DNA of 64,000 nucleotides from an uncultured Spirochaetota bacterium (GTDB lineage: Bacteria; Spirochaetota; Spirochaetia; SZUA-6; Fen-1364). The position numbers and the translations under genes were made by a program. The notes beneath the pieces are model-generated. The model had not been told where the DNA came from and made no database searches. It was given only the letters and a program-made list of their open reading frames with translations. Location of the stretch: positions 384,001 through 448,000 of the forward strand of contig CAWAHW010000002.1 of the NCBI GenBank assembly GCA_963781885.1. Direction: 5' to 3'. This document shows, piece after piece, positions 33,960-44,171 of this stretch; position 1 is the first letter of the stretch, and each line of letters opens with the position of its first letter.

Positions 33960-34661
33960 ATGCGCGTCTCAGGCCTGCTCCTCGTTCTCCTTTTTGCCGG
34001 GCGGGGTCTCGGCTTTCCGCTGGGCGCCTTCGAGCGTCCGGTGACGCTTGCCGGCACCGTCATCGCCCATGGCCCGGCCGCGCCTGATTTCACCCTGCGC
34101 GACCAGCACGGCGACCCGTTCCACATGGCGGACACGAAGGGGAAGGTCGTCGTCATGTCGTTCATCTACACCCATTGCACCGACCTCTGTCCCTTCATCT
34201 CCGTCAAGCTGAAAGGCGCCCTGAGCCTCCTCGGCGGCGACGCCGGCAAGGCGGTCTTCGTGGCAGTGACGACCGATCCCGCGCGCGACACGCAGGACGT
34301 GATCGCCGCCTACAGTCGCGCGGTAGGCCTTTTCGACTCCTGGCATTTCCTCACCGGCCCGATGGCCGACGTCAAGGACGTCTGGTTCAACGACGGCGTC
34401 GGCGTGGACATCGAGAAGCCGGCCGATGCGGCGGCGACGCAGGGAAGCGCGGAGGACAGCCCGGAACCCACGCAGGGGCTCGCGCCGACGGAAGCCGACC
34501 TGGCGCGCAGCGTGGCGGCTAATTTCGGGGGAGGATACGACGTTTCGCATACCACGCCGTTCTGGATCATCGACCGGCAGGGCAGGCTCCGGGCCATGCT
34601 CGACGCGGACGCAAAGCCGTCGGACATCGCCGGGGACATCCGCGCGCTCATGAGTCGCTGA
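33960..34661 (+). CDS. SCO1/SenC family copper chaperone/redoxin
   Basis: APDFTLRDQ, FIYTHCTDLCP (CxxxC), TDPARDT, WHFLTG, YDVSHT (His ligand). Confidence 0.88.
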   Translation: MRVSGLLLVLLFAGRGLGFPLGAFERPVTLAGTVIAHGPAAPDFTLRDQHGDPFHMADTKGKVVVMSFIYTHCTDLCPFISVKLKGALSLLGGDAGKAVFVAVTTDPARDTQDVIAAYSRAVGLFDSWHFLTGPMADVKDVWFNDGVGVDIEKPADAAATQGSAEDSPEPTQGLAPTEADLARSVAANFGGGYDVSHTTPFWIIDRQGRLRAMLDADAKPSDIAGDIRALMSR

Positions 34662-34684
34662 CGGCCGTCGGAGAGGTGTGAAGG

Positions 34685-35239
34685 ATGTTCAGCCCGGTTC
34701 TGCGCGCACAGGGTGAAAGCAGGCTGGTCTATGCGACCTCCGTCGCGTTTCGCATCATGTTGTTCGCCACCGCCATCGTTATCGTCCTGAGCATCGTCGC
34801 GGTCTCCGGGGGATCGTTCTTTGCGCGGTCGAATATCTTCTCCCTGGTCATCGCCGGGATTTGTCTCTTCGCCGCCCTTTTCCGGGAGAGGTGGATCTTC
34901 GACAAGGACGCCAATCTCTTCGAAAAGGACGTCGGATTTCTCTTTTTCCATGCAAGGAAAAGGGCACCCCTTGATGCGCTCCAGAAGGTCCTTCTGCAAG
35001 GACCGGCGTTTCAGCAGGTGGACCCGCCCGCGCTTCTTCGGTGGAATGCGCGCAAGACCGTGACGCTTTCCGTCGTTGACCGCGATGATCGCCTGCATCG
35101 GCTGGACATGGTGAACGGCGGCTCCGTGCGCAACATGAGGAGATCCGCCGAGCGCCTTTCCGCTTTTTGCGCCATCCCGCTCGAGGACGCTACGGGCCTC
35201 AAAGGGGAAAAGGAGATGCGGACTTCGCGAAACCAATAA
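34685..35239 (+). CDS. Hypothetical membrane protein (two TM helices plus soluble domain)
   Basis: ORF with RBS, TM hairpin and normal codon bias; no family recognised. Confidence 0.6.
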   Translation: MFSPVLRAQGESRLVYATSVAFRIMLFATAIVIVLSIVAVSGGSFFARSNIFSLVIAGICLFAALFRERWIFDKDANLFEKDVGFLFFHARKRAPLDALQKVLLQGPAFQQVDPPALLRWNARKTVTLSVVDRDDRLHRLDMVNGGSVRNMRRSAERLSAFCAIPLEDATGLKGEKEMRTSRNQ

Positions 35240-35479
35240 ACGCGGTAAGACGGGCGCTGCCGCGCAAAGGTGTTCCATGAATGTGCTCCAAGTGATCCAC
35301 TTGTCTGGAACATCGATCCGCTCCAATGAAAGTTGTGGGACGTAATAACTCAATAGTATCTAATTTCAATGGCAAGTATTGGAGCTTCTTGTGATATTTC
35401 AGCCGGATAATTGGCACAAATATTGCTATTTCTCGAATGGGCCGGCGCCCTGCGCGCCGCATCATCACAAGGAGCGTAC

Positions 35480-36526
35480 GTGCATCAGATGGATCCTGAA
35501 ATTTGGCAGGCAGGCGCAGAACCGACCGCCGACATGAAGAGCTTCCTGTTCCTCTCGACGGAGCTGCAAAAGGAGAGGGAGCTGCGCGAGCGCATGCTCA
35601 ACCGGATCCAGGACATCGTCTACGTCCTGGACGTCAGGAAGGATCGCCTGGAGTTCATCAGCAGCGAGATCGCGCTGCTGCTCGGCTATCCCTGGCAGCA
35701 CATCCAGCAATGGGGAGACAACCTTTTCCCCACGCTCATGCACCCGGACGACGTTGCGCTGCGCCCGGTCTTCCACGCGCGGCTTTCCACCCTGCGCGAC
35801 GGCGAGCAGCTCGACGTGCAGTACCGCATGCGCGACGCGTGCGGCGAATGGCGATGGCTGCGCAGCCGCGAGACGGTGCTCGAGCGCGCGGAGGACGGGG
35901 AGCCGGTGCGCGTGCTGGGAATCGCGGAGGATTTCACCTCGCGCAAGCGGGACGAGGATCGGCTGCGGGAGATGGCGCTCATCGACGAGCTCACGGGTCT
36001 CCGCAATCGCCGGGGCTTCCTCGCGATCGCCGAGCAGTACATGCGCATTGCGCGCCGACAGAGCCAGAGGTTCTCCCTCCTTTTCATCGACCTGGACCGC
36101 TTCAAGGCGATCAACGACACCCACGGCCACGCCGAAGGGGACGGCGCCCTCCGCACGGCGGCCGCCGTCTTGCAGAAGACCTTCCGCACGAGCGACATCC
36201 TCTGCCGCTACGGGGGTGACGAGTTCGCGGCGCTCGCGGTGGACACCGCGGAGCAGGGCTCCGACGTCCTCCGCCTGAGGATTCGCATGAATCTGGACGC
36301 GTGCAACGCGGCGTCGTCCAAGCCCTATCGGCTGGACTTTTCCATCGGCACCTTCATCTTCGATCCTTCGCGCCGCGAAGAGGCCGTGAGCGACGCCAGT
36401 CTTTTCGCGGAGGCGATCCGCAAGGCCGACGAGGCCATGTACAGGGACAAGACCGCCCGGCGATCCGAGCGCGCGGGAGTCGCCCTGCGCACGGTCGCGG
36501 CTCCGGAAACGGCAGACGGTCAGTAG
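35480..36526 (+). CDS. PAS-GGDEF diguanylate cyclase
   Basis: PAS (HPDD, YRMR...GEWRW), DELTGLRNRR, DLDRFKAIND..GH, RTSD I-site, intact GGDEF; GTG after AAGGAG. Confidence 0.9.
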   Translation: MHQMDPEIWQAGAEPTADMKSFLFLSTELQKERELRERMLNRIQDIVYVLDVRKDRLEFISSEIALLLGYPWQHIQQWGDNLFPTLMHPDDVALRPVFHARLSTLRDGEQLDVQYRMRDACGEWRWLRSRETVLERAEDGEPVRVLGIAEDFTSRKRDEDRLREMALIDELTGLRNRRGFLAIAEQYMRIARRQSQRFSLLFIDLDRFKAINDTHGHAEGDGALRTAAAVLQKTFRTSDILCRYGGDEFAALAVDTAEQGSDVLRLRIRMNLDACNAASSKPYRLDFSIGTFIFDPSRREEAVSDASLFAEAIRKADEAMYRDKTARRSERAGVALRTVAAPETADGQ

Positions 36527-37605
36527 AGACCGGGAACGATTCTCCGCGGGACCCGCCGGACGTACTCCGCCCACAGCGCGCCGTACTTGGCCGCACAGCG
36601 GCGCTCATCTGCCCGCTCGCGCGGGATGAGCAGGACCAGGTAGTACACCGGATAGAGCCAGACCACCCACAGGCCGGGCCAGCCCAGGACCAGGGTCAGA
36701 CCGGCAGCCATGAGTATTTCACCGAGATAATTCACGTGCCGCGACACCGCCCAAAACCCGCTGCACAGAAGCGCGTGCTCCCCGTCGCGGAGCGATCGCG
36801 GCTTGATGATGCCCAGGAGGGCGCGCTCGGGATGCGTCTTGAAGAAGAACTTCTGCATGTTGGCGCCGCGCGACAGCGTCCAGCCGGCGAAAAAGACGAC
36901 GCTGTAGATCACGAGGAGCCATGACGCGGTGTGGGGATCCGGCAGATCCGTCGTCGCCCACAGCCCCACCAGGTAAAAGTAGGGATAGAAGGTGAAGCAG
37001 CCCCAGACGAGCTTGAAGCCCACGCGTTCCGCGAAGATGTCGTAGGTGTAGAGATGCACGCGCTCGAACACCAGGTAGTCCACCACGAACCAGAAGAAGA
37101 GGCACGTGTAGACGACCGTTCCCGGCGAGAGGTGCGAACCGAAGGTGATGATGTGGTGGGCCAGGAATGAAAGGATGTTCAGGGCAAGCATCGTCGCGCC
37201 CACCAGGTAGAGGAACATTTTCGCATCGACGCGGCTGTTGAGGAACTGGCGGTTCTCCGTCCGCCCGAGATACAGCTCGGCCGGGAAGGGGCGGCCGTTG
37301 CCCCGTGCCGACAGGACCATGACGAAGCTGAAGGCGAGCCCCAGGGCGCAGGAGCCGGCCAGGCCCGCCCAGCGATGGAGGTACAGCCAGTCCCAGGGGA
37401 AAAGACCCGCGCGTCCCGCGAGCGCCCAGAGCGCGATCATGATGAGGAGAACGAGCGGGCCGTTCAGCCGGTAGGTGAGCGGCTCATCGGTCTGGACGTC
37501 GCGTACGTATCCCACGACCCGGCGGGCCGGAAGGGCGACATGCACGATCAGGATGAGGGCGTAGATGATCCAAGGCGCGAAGAATCCCGCAATGAAGTCC
37601 ATCAT
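36520..37605 (-). CDS. ERG4/ERG24 family sterol-reductase-like membrane protein
   Basis: YRLNG, YLGR..N, DAKMF, YDIFAERVGFKLVWG....YP, GANMQKFFFK, LLCSGFWAVSRHVNYLGE, RERADERRCAAKYG.LW.EY...VP..IVPGLY. Confidence 0.85.
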   Translation of the reverse strand: MMDFIAGFFAPWIIYALILIVHVALPARRVVGYVRDVQTDEPLTYRLNGPLVLLIMIALWALAGRAGLFPWDWLYLHRWAGLAGSCALGLAFSFVMVLSARGNGRPFPAELYLGRTENRQFLNSRVDAKMFLYLVGATMLALNILSFLAHHIITFGSHLSPGTVVYTCLFFWFVVDYLVFERVHLYTYDIFAERVGFKLVWGCFTFYPYFYLVGLWATTDLPDPHTASWLLVIYSVVFFAGWTLSRGANMQKFFFKTHPERALLGIIKPRSLRDGEHALLCSGFWAVSRHVNYLGEILMAAGLTLVLGWPGLWVVWLYPVYYLVLLIPRERADERRCAAKYGALWAEYVRRVPRRIVPGLY

Positions 37606-38441
37606 GGCATTGCCTCCTTTGCCGGAGCCAGATTGCTCGTCGATCCCGCCATGATGCCGATGGCGGCGCGGCGGGAGAGGAGGCGGCTCATGAGCCCGTG
37701 AGCCGCGCCATTGACGAAACCGGGAATGGAAAGCGGTCCGCGCCCCAGCGCGCGCAGCGCCCGCTCGGCAACCACCGATGGATCGAGCGTGCCCGGCGCA
37801 TCCCGGCCCGCGGCAGCGGCGTAGCCGGGCGTGCGGATGGCCCCGGCGCAGCAGGCGATCACGTCGATCCCTTTGCCTTTCAGCTCCCGCCAAAGGCCTT
37901 CCGCCAGCACCCTGTTGAAGGCCTTGCTCGCTGCATAGGCGGCGAGCCGCGGCGAGCCCTGGTCGCCGGCAAGGGAAGACATCAGGACGATGGCGCCCCG
38001 CTTCCGCGCGACCATGGACGGCAGGACCATGTGCAGAAGCGTCACCGGTCCGCGGACGTTCACATCCACCACGCGCAGGAGGTCGGCGTCGCTTGCCGCG
38101 GCGAAGTCGCCCACGGGAGCATGCGCGGCGTTGTACACAAGAAGCCCCAGGTCAAGATCGGAGATCGCAGCGCGGAGCTTATCGGTGAATAGGGGCGACG
38201 CAAGGTCTCCGTCGAGACAGAGGGTCTCGATGCCGTGCTGCCGGCGCATCTCTTCCGACAGGCTGTCGAGCAGTTCCCTGCGCCGCGCGACCAGCAGGAG
38301 ATTCATCCCGCGATCCGCCAAGGCCCGCGCATATGCCGCACCCAGACCCTGTGACGCGCCGGCGACAAGAGCCCAGCGGCCGTAGCGTTCGGGGAAACCT
38401 TTCTTCCGCGGCAGCTTCGAGCCAGTCTTTCGATGTGCCAT
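37602..38441 (-). CDS. Short-chain dehydrogenase/reductase (17beta-HSD3/ketoacyl-CoA reductase-like)
   Basis: YGRWALVAGASQGLG, LVARR, LVYNA, MSS, YAASK; RBS GGGAGG. Confidence 0.88.
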   Translation of the reverse strand: MAHRKTGSKLPRKKGFPERYGRWALVAGASQGLGAAYARALADRGMNLLLVARRRELLDSLSEEMRRQHGIETLCLDGDLASPLFTDKLRAAISDLDLGLLVYNAAHAPVGDFAAASDADLLRVVDVNVRGPVTLLHMVLPSMVARKRGAIVLMSSLAGDQGSPRLAAYAASKAFNRVLAEGLWRELKGKGIDVIACCAGAIRTPGYAAAAGRDAPGTLDPSVVAERALRALGRGPLSIPGFVNGAAHGLMSRLLSRRAAIGIMAGSTSNLAPAKEAMP

Positions 38442-38552
38442 CTGCCTCCCTCGGTCGGAGGCAGGCTACTATCGGCTGCCTACTCTGTCAACCTATGTAC
38501 AAAGGCAGCCTTGGCACGATGGCCTTCGTCTCCCAGCACCAAGCTCATTCCC

Positions 38553-39188
38553 TTACGCCACTGTGACGACGTCCGCGGAGGCAAGGAACCTCTCCGTTAT
38601 TTCGTAGAGATTTGAGACCCGTCCCGCGCCCAGCGATTCCTTGAGGTGGTAATAGTCGAGACACGTCCCGCAGACGAGGATTTCCGTCCCCTTTGCTTCG
38701 ATGGTCTTGAGAAGCTCGATGGTCTCCGCGCGTTCGGCCGCCAGACGGACGCCGGAGTTCATGAGCACAAGGGTCTTTGGCGGTCGTGAAAGCTCGCTCA
38801 CCGCATAGAGGAGCCCTTTCACGAGGAGCTTCCCCAGGGTCTCGTCGCCGCGGCCGATCTGATCGGCGGAGAAGAAAAGCGTTTTTCCGCCGAGCTGCGG
38901 CGCGGCGATCTGCGGCTCCTCCTCGCACGCGGGGGCCGGCTCGCCGCCTCCCGCCTTTGCGATCATGGCGGGCGACACCGCGGCGCTGATGGTGTGCACG
39001 CTGCCGGCGCTCACGACGCGCGGCTCCGCGGCGCCCGTGAACTTCAGGAAGCGCACGACGTTTTCCCGCGCCGCGTCGTTGTCCACGGTGATTTCCATCT
39101 CACTGAGGCCTCCGACGGCCATCGTCTTGCGGCAGAGGATCACCGGCTGGGGGCAGGCAAGACCCTTCGCATCGATCGATTTCTTCAT
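38553..39188 (-). CDS. yedF: Sulfurtransferase-like selenium metabolism protein YedF (TusA/SirA plus DsrE-like domains)
   Basis: IDAKGLACPQPVI, VDNDAARENV, G.GD..LG, MNSGV.L, CGTCLDYY, G.VSN. Confidence 0.88.
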   Translation of the reverse strand: MKKSIDAKGLACPQPVILCRKTMAVGGLSEMEITVDNDAARENVVRFLKFTGAAEPRVVSAGSVHTISAAVSPAMIAKAGGGEPAPACEEEPQIAAPQLGGKTLFFSADQIGRGDETLGKLLVKGLLYAVSELSRPPKTLVLMNSGVRLAAERAETIELLKTIEAKGTEILVCGTCLDYYHLKESLGAGRVSNLYEITERFLASADVVTVA

Positions 39189-39423
39189 AGCTTTTGCGCC
39201 CCTCCTTCAGGACCACGCGATAGGCAACGCGCCGGGATTCCAGCGCGAACCACCACGCGGGAAGGGCGTCAGCGCCTCCCGCGGCGAGAAGCGAAAACCC
39301 GCAGCCCCGGCTGACGCCAGGCGGCGTCGGCACGAGGGCCACCGGGACGCCGCGGCCTTTCAGGAGCCCTTCGGCGGAAAGCGTCTGGTGAATGCCCTCG
39401 AAGACGACCAGCAGCTCAGGCAA
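39100..39423 (-). CDS. DUF3343 domain protein (putative Se/S carrier)
   Basis: FEGIHQTLSAE..LK...V...LVPTP..VS.GCG.SL pattern. TTG start overlaps the selD stop; the 3' end overlaps yedF. Confidence 0.7.
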   Translation of the reverse strand: MPELLVVFEGIHQTLSAEGLLKGRGVPVALVPTPPGVSRGCGFSLLAAGGADALPAWWFALESRRVAYRVVLKEGRKSYEEIDRCEGSCLPPAGDPLPQDDGRRRPQ

Positions 39424-40442
39424 GCTCCACCATTCCCGCGCCATCCACCGCGGCGCCGACGAGCGCGGCGGCAATTCCCGCGTCGCGCATTTCCGCAAGG
39501 ACGGCATCGGCCTGGTCCGCCGCGACCGCCGCCAGAAGGCCGCCGGAAGTCTGGGGATCGAAGAGGAGGTTCATGTCATCCTCGCCGCAACCCCTCGTGT
39601 TGAGGACGAAGCGCAGTCGGAAGTCCTTGTTGCGGTAGGTGCCTTCCGGGACGAGGCCCATTGCGGCGTAGTCCCTCACGTTCGGGAGAAAGGGCACCGC
39701 ATTGGCGAAGATCCGGACATTGCACGCCGTTTCTGCCGCCATCTCGCAGGCATGACCGAGCAGCCCGAAGCCGGTGACGTCCGTGCAGGCGTGCACGTCG
39801 TGGCGCTGGAGGATCTGCGATGCCTTTCTGTTGAGCGCGGCCATGCCATCACACGCCGCCGTCAGCGCTTCCGCGGAGGCAAGGCCTCCCCGTGCCGCTG
39901 TCGTGATGACTCCCGTGCCGATCGGCTTTGTGAGGATGATGCTCTCCCCGCCCGGCAAGCGCGTTGTTCAACCACACCCTGTCGGGGTGCACGATACCGG
40001 TCACGGCGTAGCCGAACTTCAGCTCCTTGTCGTCGATGCTGTGACCGCCGACAAGCGGGCATTCGGCTTCCTCCAAACCGGCAAGACCTCCGTCCATCAT
40101 CTTCCGCAGCACCGCGATATCCAGCGACCCGACGGGGAAGCCCACCACCGCAACCGCCGTGCAGGGCTTTCCGCCCATCGCGTAGACGTCCGACAGCGCG
40201 TTGGCAGCCGCAATCCTTCCATAGAGAAAGGGGTCGTCCACGATGGGGGGGAAGAAGTCGATCGTGTGGACAAGGGCCTGCTGGGCGTTGAGCCGCAGGA
40301 CGCCGGCGTCCTCGCTGCGCCTGAAGTCGGCGATCAGATCGGGGTACTCCCGTTGGGAAAGGCCGCAGAGCGCCTCGTCCAGCAGACCGGGGCCCAGCTT
40401 TGCAGCGCACCCGGCGAACCGGGAAAATGATGTGAGATTCAC
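39416..40442 (-). CDS. selD: Selenide, water dikinase (Cys form), frameshift at ~39945-39960
   Basis: [44 protein letters not shown]; the second frame gives [28 protein letters not shown]. Confidence 0.9.
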
Positions 40443-41617
40443 GTGATTGCTCCAATCTCCTGAAAGGCTGCCACGGCGCGGTCGATTTCATCCGGCCGCG
40501 TGAAGGGCCCCGGCGATACCCTGATCGTGCCGCCGCTTTCTCGCGTGCCTATCGCGCGATGCGCGGCAGGGGCGCAGTGCAATCCCATGCGGCACGCGAT
40601 GCCACGCTCGTCCAGAAGACGCGCAAGCTCGTCGACCGGGATTTTTTCGTGCGTGATGGAGAAGAGGGAGAGCCTTTCTTCCCGGCTTTCGGGTCCGTAC
40701 ATGACGAAGCCGGGTGTCGAAGAGATGGCGCGGCGCAATATCTCCGCCGCCTGTCTCCTGCGTGTCGCCAGCTCCGCAAGGCCTTCTTTCTCCACGAAAC
40801 GGATCGCCGCCAGAAGTCCGGCCAGTGCCGGCAGATTCATCGTGCCGCTTTCATACCTGTCGGGCAGGAAGTCGGGCTGCTCTTCCGAGTCGGAGCGGCT
40901 TCCCGTGCCGCCGTAGACAAGCGGGGCAGGCCGGGCGCGCGGCCCCAGGAAGAGCAGCCCCAGGCCGGCGGGGGCAAGCAGCCCCTTGTGGGGGGAGACG
41001 CAGAAGAAATCGCAGGGAAAAGAGGCAAGGTCGATGGGCACCTCACCGGCGGCCTGCGCGGCGTCTATTCCAACGAGCGTGCCGGGGGAAAGACGCGCGC
41101 ATAGCTCCGCCATCTCCTGGAACGGAAAAAGGCTGCCGGTCACATTGCTTGCCGCCATGAAGAGGAGAAGCTTCGGCCGCGCGCCAAGGGTTTCACGGAA
41201 CGAATCCATGTCCGGCGACCCGCGCGACGTGCAGGCGAAAGGCCGCACGGCGCAGCCCCGCTCTTTTTCCAGCGCCCGCAGGGGACGCATGACCGCGTTG
41301 TGCTCCATGCCGGATACCGCCACCGTGTCGCCGGGCTGGAGAATGCCGCGCGCGATGAGATTCAGGGATGCCGTCGTGCCCGGTGTGAAGATGAGATGCG
41401 AGCTGTCGGGGAAGCCGAAGAAGGCAGCCGTGGCCGTCCGCGCCTCATACACGAGCCTGTCCGCCGAATGGACCGCGGCGTGCGTGCCCCTGCCCGGGCT
41501 TCCATAGGGTTGCCGCAGGGATTCCGCGACAGCCTCCGGCACCCCGGGCGCCTTTGGAAAGCTCGTCGCCGCATTGTCGAGGTAGATGAGGGCCGGGCGG
41601 GACGTCACGCGGGACAT
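40439..41617 (-). CDS. Class V aminotransferase: cysteine desulfurase / selenocysteine lyase
   Basis: [37 protein letters not shown] (catalytic Cys); GTGA overlap with selD. Confidence 0.88.
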   Translation of the reverse strand: MSRVTSRPALIYLDNAATSFPKAPGVPEAVAESLRQPYGSPGRGTHAAVHSADRLVYEARTATAAFFGFPDSSHLIFTPGTTASLNLIARGILQPGDTVAVSGMEHNAVMRPLRALEKERGCAVRPFACTSRGSPDMDSFRETLGARPKLLLFMAASNVTGSLFPFQEMAELCARLSPGTLVGIDAAQAAGEVPIDLASFPCDFFCVSPHKGLLAPAGLGLLFLGPRARPAPLVYGGTGSRSDSEEQPDFLPDRYESGTMNLPALAGLLAAIRFVEKEGLAELATRRRQAAEILRRAISSTPGFVMYGPESREERLSLFSITHEKIPVDELARLLDERGIACRMGLHCAPAAHRAIGTRESGGTIRVSPGPFTRPDEIDRAVAAFQEIGAIT

Positions 41618-41697
41618 AGTAGCAGGTCGATCCCTACCTGTGTAGAATCCCCGTCGAAAGAGGCGAGGGCCGTGAATCGACGGAAAAGGGGTTTCGC

Positions 41698-42723
41698 ATG
41701 AAAGCAGCAGTCCTCACCGGCCCGGAAAGGATCGAGATCCAGGAGGTCGCGACCCCCGCGCCCGCCGGCACCGAGCTCCTGGTGAAGCTGAAAAGCTGCG
41801 GGATCTGCACCCTGGAGCAGCGGCTCTTCACCGGCGCGGTCCGCATTCGCTATCCGCTCATCCCCGGCCACGAGGCGTCCGGCGAGGTGGTGAAGGTGGG
41901 TCCCGACGTGCTGTCGGGGATCAGGCCGGGCGCACGCGTCGCGCTCGACCTGGTGGAGCGCTGCGGCACGTGCTACTACTGCCGCACCGGCCAGTCGAAC
42001 ATGTGCCTCAACCGGTTCGCGCGCGACGCGAATGTGCTCGGCGGCTTCGGCGAATACATCGCCGTGCGCGCGACACAGGCTTTCCCCATACCCGATTCGC
42101 TCACCTTCGAGGAGGCAGCCTTCTCCGAGCCGCTTTCCTGCTGCATCCGTTCGCTGAAGAAGGTCGGCCTCCACCTCGCGGAAGACCTCCTGATCCTGGG
42201 CGCCGGGCCCATGGGGCAGTTGCACCTGCAGGCCGCTCTCTGCATGGGAGCGCGCGTCTTCGTGTCCGATCCCGACCGCGCGCGTCTGGCGACGGCGAAG
42301 AAAATGGGCGCCTTTCTCACCATCGACCCCTCGACGGAGAGCTCCCCGTCGATCGTGAAGGAGCACACGGACGGCCGCGGGGTGGACGCCTGCGTCGTCA
42401 CGAGCGTCGCCCACGCCGCTCTTCGCGGGGCGTTCGAGGCGGTGCGCAAGAACGGCCGCGTCAACATCTACACCTCCTACACGGACACGCCGCCGCTGCC
42501 CGTGGATGCAAACACGCTCCACGCGACGGAGCTCACCGTCACGGGAAGCGAAGGCCGCACGGAGGAGGATTTCCTCCAGTCCGTGCGTCTCCTGTCCTTC
42601 GGCAAGGTGGACGTGAAGCCCCTCATCAGCGGGACGGTGGATTTCCCGCACCTGGAGGCGGGCATCAGGGCAGCGATGGCGGGCGGCACCTACCGGGTGC
42701 TCCTGAAGCACGAGGGCGCCTGA
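41698..42723 (+). CDS. Zn-dependent MDR dehydrogenase (polyol-type)
   Basis: CGICTLE, GHEASG, CGTCYYC...C, FSEPLSC, GAGPMG. Confidence 0.87.
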   Translation: MKAAVLTGPERIEIQEVATPAPAGTELLVKLKSCGICTLEQRLFTGAVRIRYPLIPGHEASGEVVKVGPDVLSGIRPGARVALDLVERCGTCYYCRTGQSNMCLNRFARDANVLGGFGEYIAVRATQAFPIPDSLTFEEAAFSEPLSCCIRSLKKVGLHLAEDLLILGAGPMGQLHLQAALCMGARVFVSDPDRARLATAKKMGAFLTIDPSTESSPSIVKEHTDGRGVDACVVTSVAHAALRGAFEAVRKNGRVNIYTSYTDTPPLPVDANTLHATELTVTGSEGRTEEDFLQSVRLLSFGKVDVKPLISGTVDFPHLEAGIRAAMAGGTYRVLLKHEGA

Positions 42724-44171
42724 TGATACTCACGGTGGATGTGGGGACATCGGCGCTCAAGGCCGCCCTTTTCCGCACGAGCGGGGCCCTCGTCTCCCGC
42801 GCCGAAGCGCCGATCACTCTTTCGCCGCATCCCGATCCGGTCCGTCATGAGGTCGATCCCCGGGAATGGATCCGCGCCCTGCATGCGCTCTCCGTGACGC
42901 TGGGGCTTGCCAGGGCCGCGGACGTGGAGGCGGTCGTCGTGAGCGGCAATGGCCCCACGCTGGTTCCCGTTGCCGGGGACGGCACGCCGCTTTCCAAGGC
43001 GATGACGTGGATGGACAGGCGCGGCGTGGAAGAGGCGCGCATCGTCTCCGAGACGCGCGGCCGCGCCACCGATGCGGCCTTCACCCTTCCCAAGGCGCTC
43101 TGGGTGCAGCGCAATCAACCCGCGGTCTATGAGCGCACGCGCTTCTTCTTCTCCTGTCCCGAATACGTCACGTTCGTCCTCACCGGAAATGCCGTTACCT
43201 TCCTCCCGACTCCCGCCTACACCCAATCGATCATGTGGGACGCGGAGGCCGTGCGGGCGCTCGGCATGGATGCGGATAAGTTCCCCGCGTTTGTCGCGCC
43301 GGGTGCTGCCGTCGGCACCGTGACGGCCGCGGGGGAAGCGGCGACCGGCGTCCCCGCGGGTGTCCGTGTTTTCGCCGGTGCCCCGGACTTCATCGTCTCC
43401 CTGCTCGGCACGGCCACCGTGGCGCCCGGCCGCGCTTGCATCAGATCCGGCACGTCAGAAGGCATCAATGTCTGCTCGCCCCGGGAGACCCGTGATCGGC
43501 GCCTCCTCAGCGTGAGCCATGTCGCCCCCGGCCTCTTCAACATTTCCGGTGTGATCTCCACGTCTGGCAAGGCCCTTGAATGGTTCAAGAATGCGACGGG
43601 CCGGGCCGACGCCGACTATGAAAGCCTTTTCGACGACATCGCGGTCGTTCCCGCGGGCGCCCAGCGTCTCCTGTTCCTGCCGTATCTGGCGGGGGAGAGG
43701 GCGCCGATCTGGGATCCTTCCGCCCGCGGCGCATTCATCGGCCTCACCCTGAACCACGGCACGCGCGAGATGACCCGCGCCGTCGTGGAGGCGGTGGCAT
43801 ATGCCATCCGCGACGTCGTGGAGGTCATGGAGGAGGCCGGGGTGTCCGTGCACGACCTTCGCATCACCGGCAGCCCTTCCCGCAGCGCCCTGTGGAACCA
43901 GATCAAGGCTGACGTCACGGGGCGGCGCATCCTTGTCCCCGCGCAGCAGGACGCCGACCTCGTCGGCGACGCGTGTCTCGCCCTTTTCGGCCTGGGGCAA
44001 TTCGATTCTCTCGTGGCGGCTGCGGAAGCCATCGTCACCATGGGCGCCTTCTTCGAGCCGGATGCCGGCAGGGCCCGTGTCTACGACGAGATGTTTGCGC
44101 TCTATCGGGAGTCCTACGCGGGCCTCCGTTCCGTCTTTGCAAAACTCTCCACGCCAAGGAGCGGGCCATGA
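42723..44171 (+). CDS. FGGY family carbohydrate kinase (xylulokinase-like)
   Basis: DVGTSALKA, WMDRR, GAPD, SGTS, LPYLAGERAP.WDP.ARG, WNQIKAD; TGATG coupling to the upstream gene. Confidence 0.88.
   Translation: MILTVDVGTSALKAALFRTSGALVSRAEAPITLSPHPDPVRHEVDPREWIRALHALSVTLGLARAADVEAVVVSGNGPTLVPVAGDGTPLSKAMTWMDRRGVEEARIVSETRGRATDAAFTLPKALWVQRNQPAVYERTRFFFSCPEYVTFVLTGNAVTFLPTPAYTQSIMWDAEAVRALGMDADKFPAFVAPGAAVGTVTAAGEAATGVPAGVRVFAGAPDFIVSLLGTATVAPGRACIRSGTSEGINVCSPRETRDRRLLSVSHVAPGLFNISGVISTSGKALEWFKNATGRADADYESLFDDIAVVPAGAQRLLFLPYLAGERAPIWDPSARGAFIGLTLNHGTREMTRAVVEAVAYAIRDVVEVMEEAGVSVHDLRITGSPSRSALWNQIKADVTGRRILVPAQQDADLVGDACLALFGLGQFDSLVAAAEAIVTMGAFFEPDAGRARVYDEMFALYRESYAGLRSVFAKLSTPRSGP

Noticed and set aside
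35220-35280. c-di-GMP riboswitch upstream of the diguanylate cyclase (GCGAAAC...CGCAAAG)
   Set aside because: Only scattered words match. I could not build the P1/P2 tetraloop-receptor structure, and part lies within the upstream CDS.
40400-40420. Selenocysteine (UGA) in SelD or nearby proteins
   Set aside because: The active-site codon is TGC (GCAAK). No in-frame TGA readthrough candidate was noticed in the selenium operon.
41970-42722. N-terminal extension making a 733-aa kinase
   Set aside because: It is an alternative frame of the dehydrogenase gene; the FGGY fold starts at ATG 42723.
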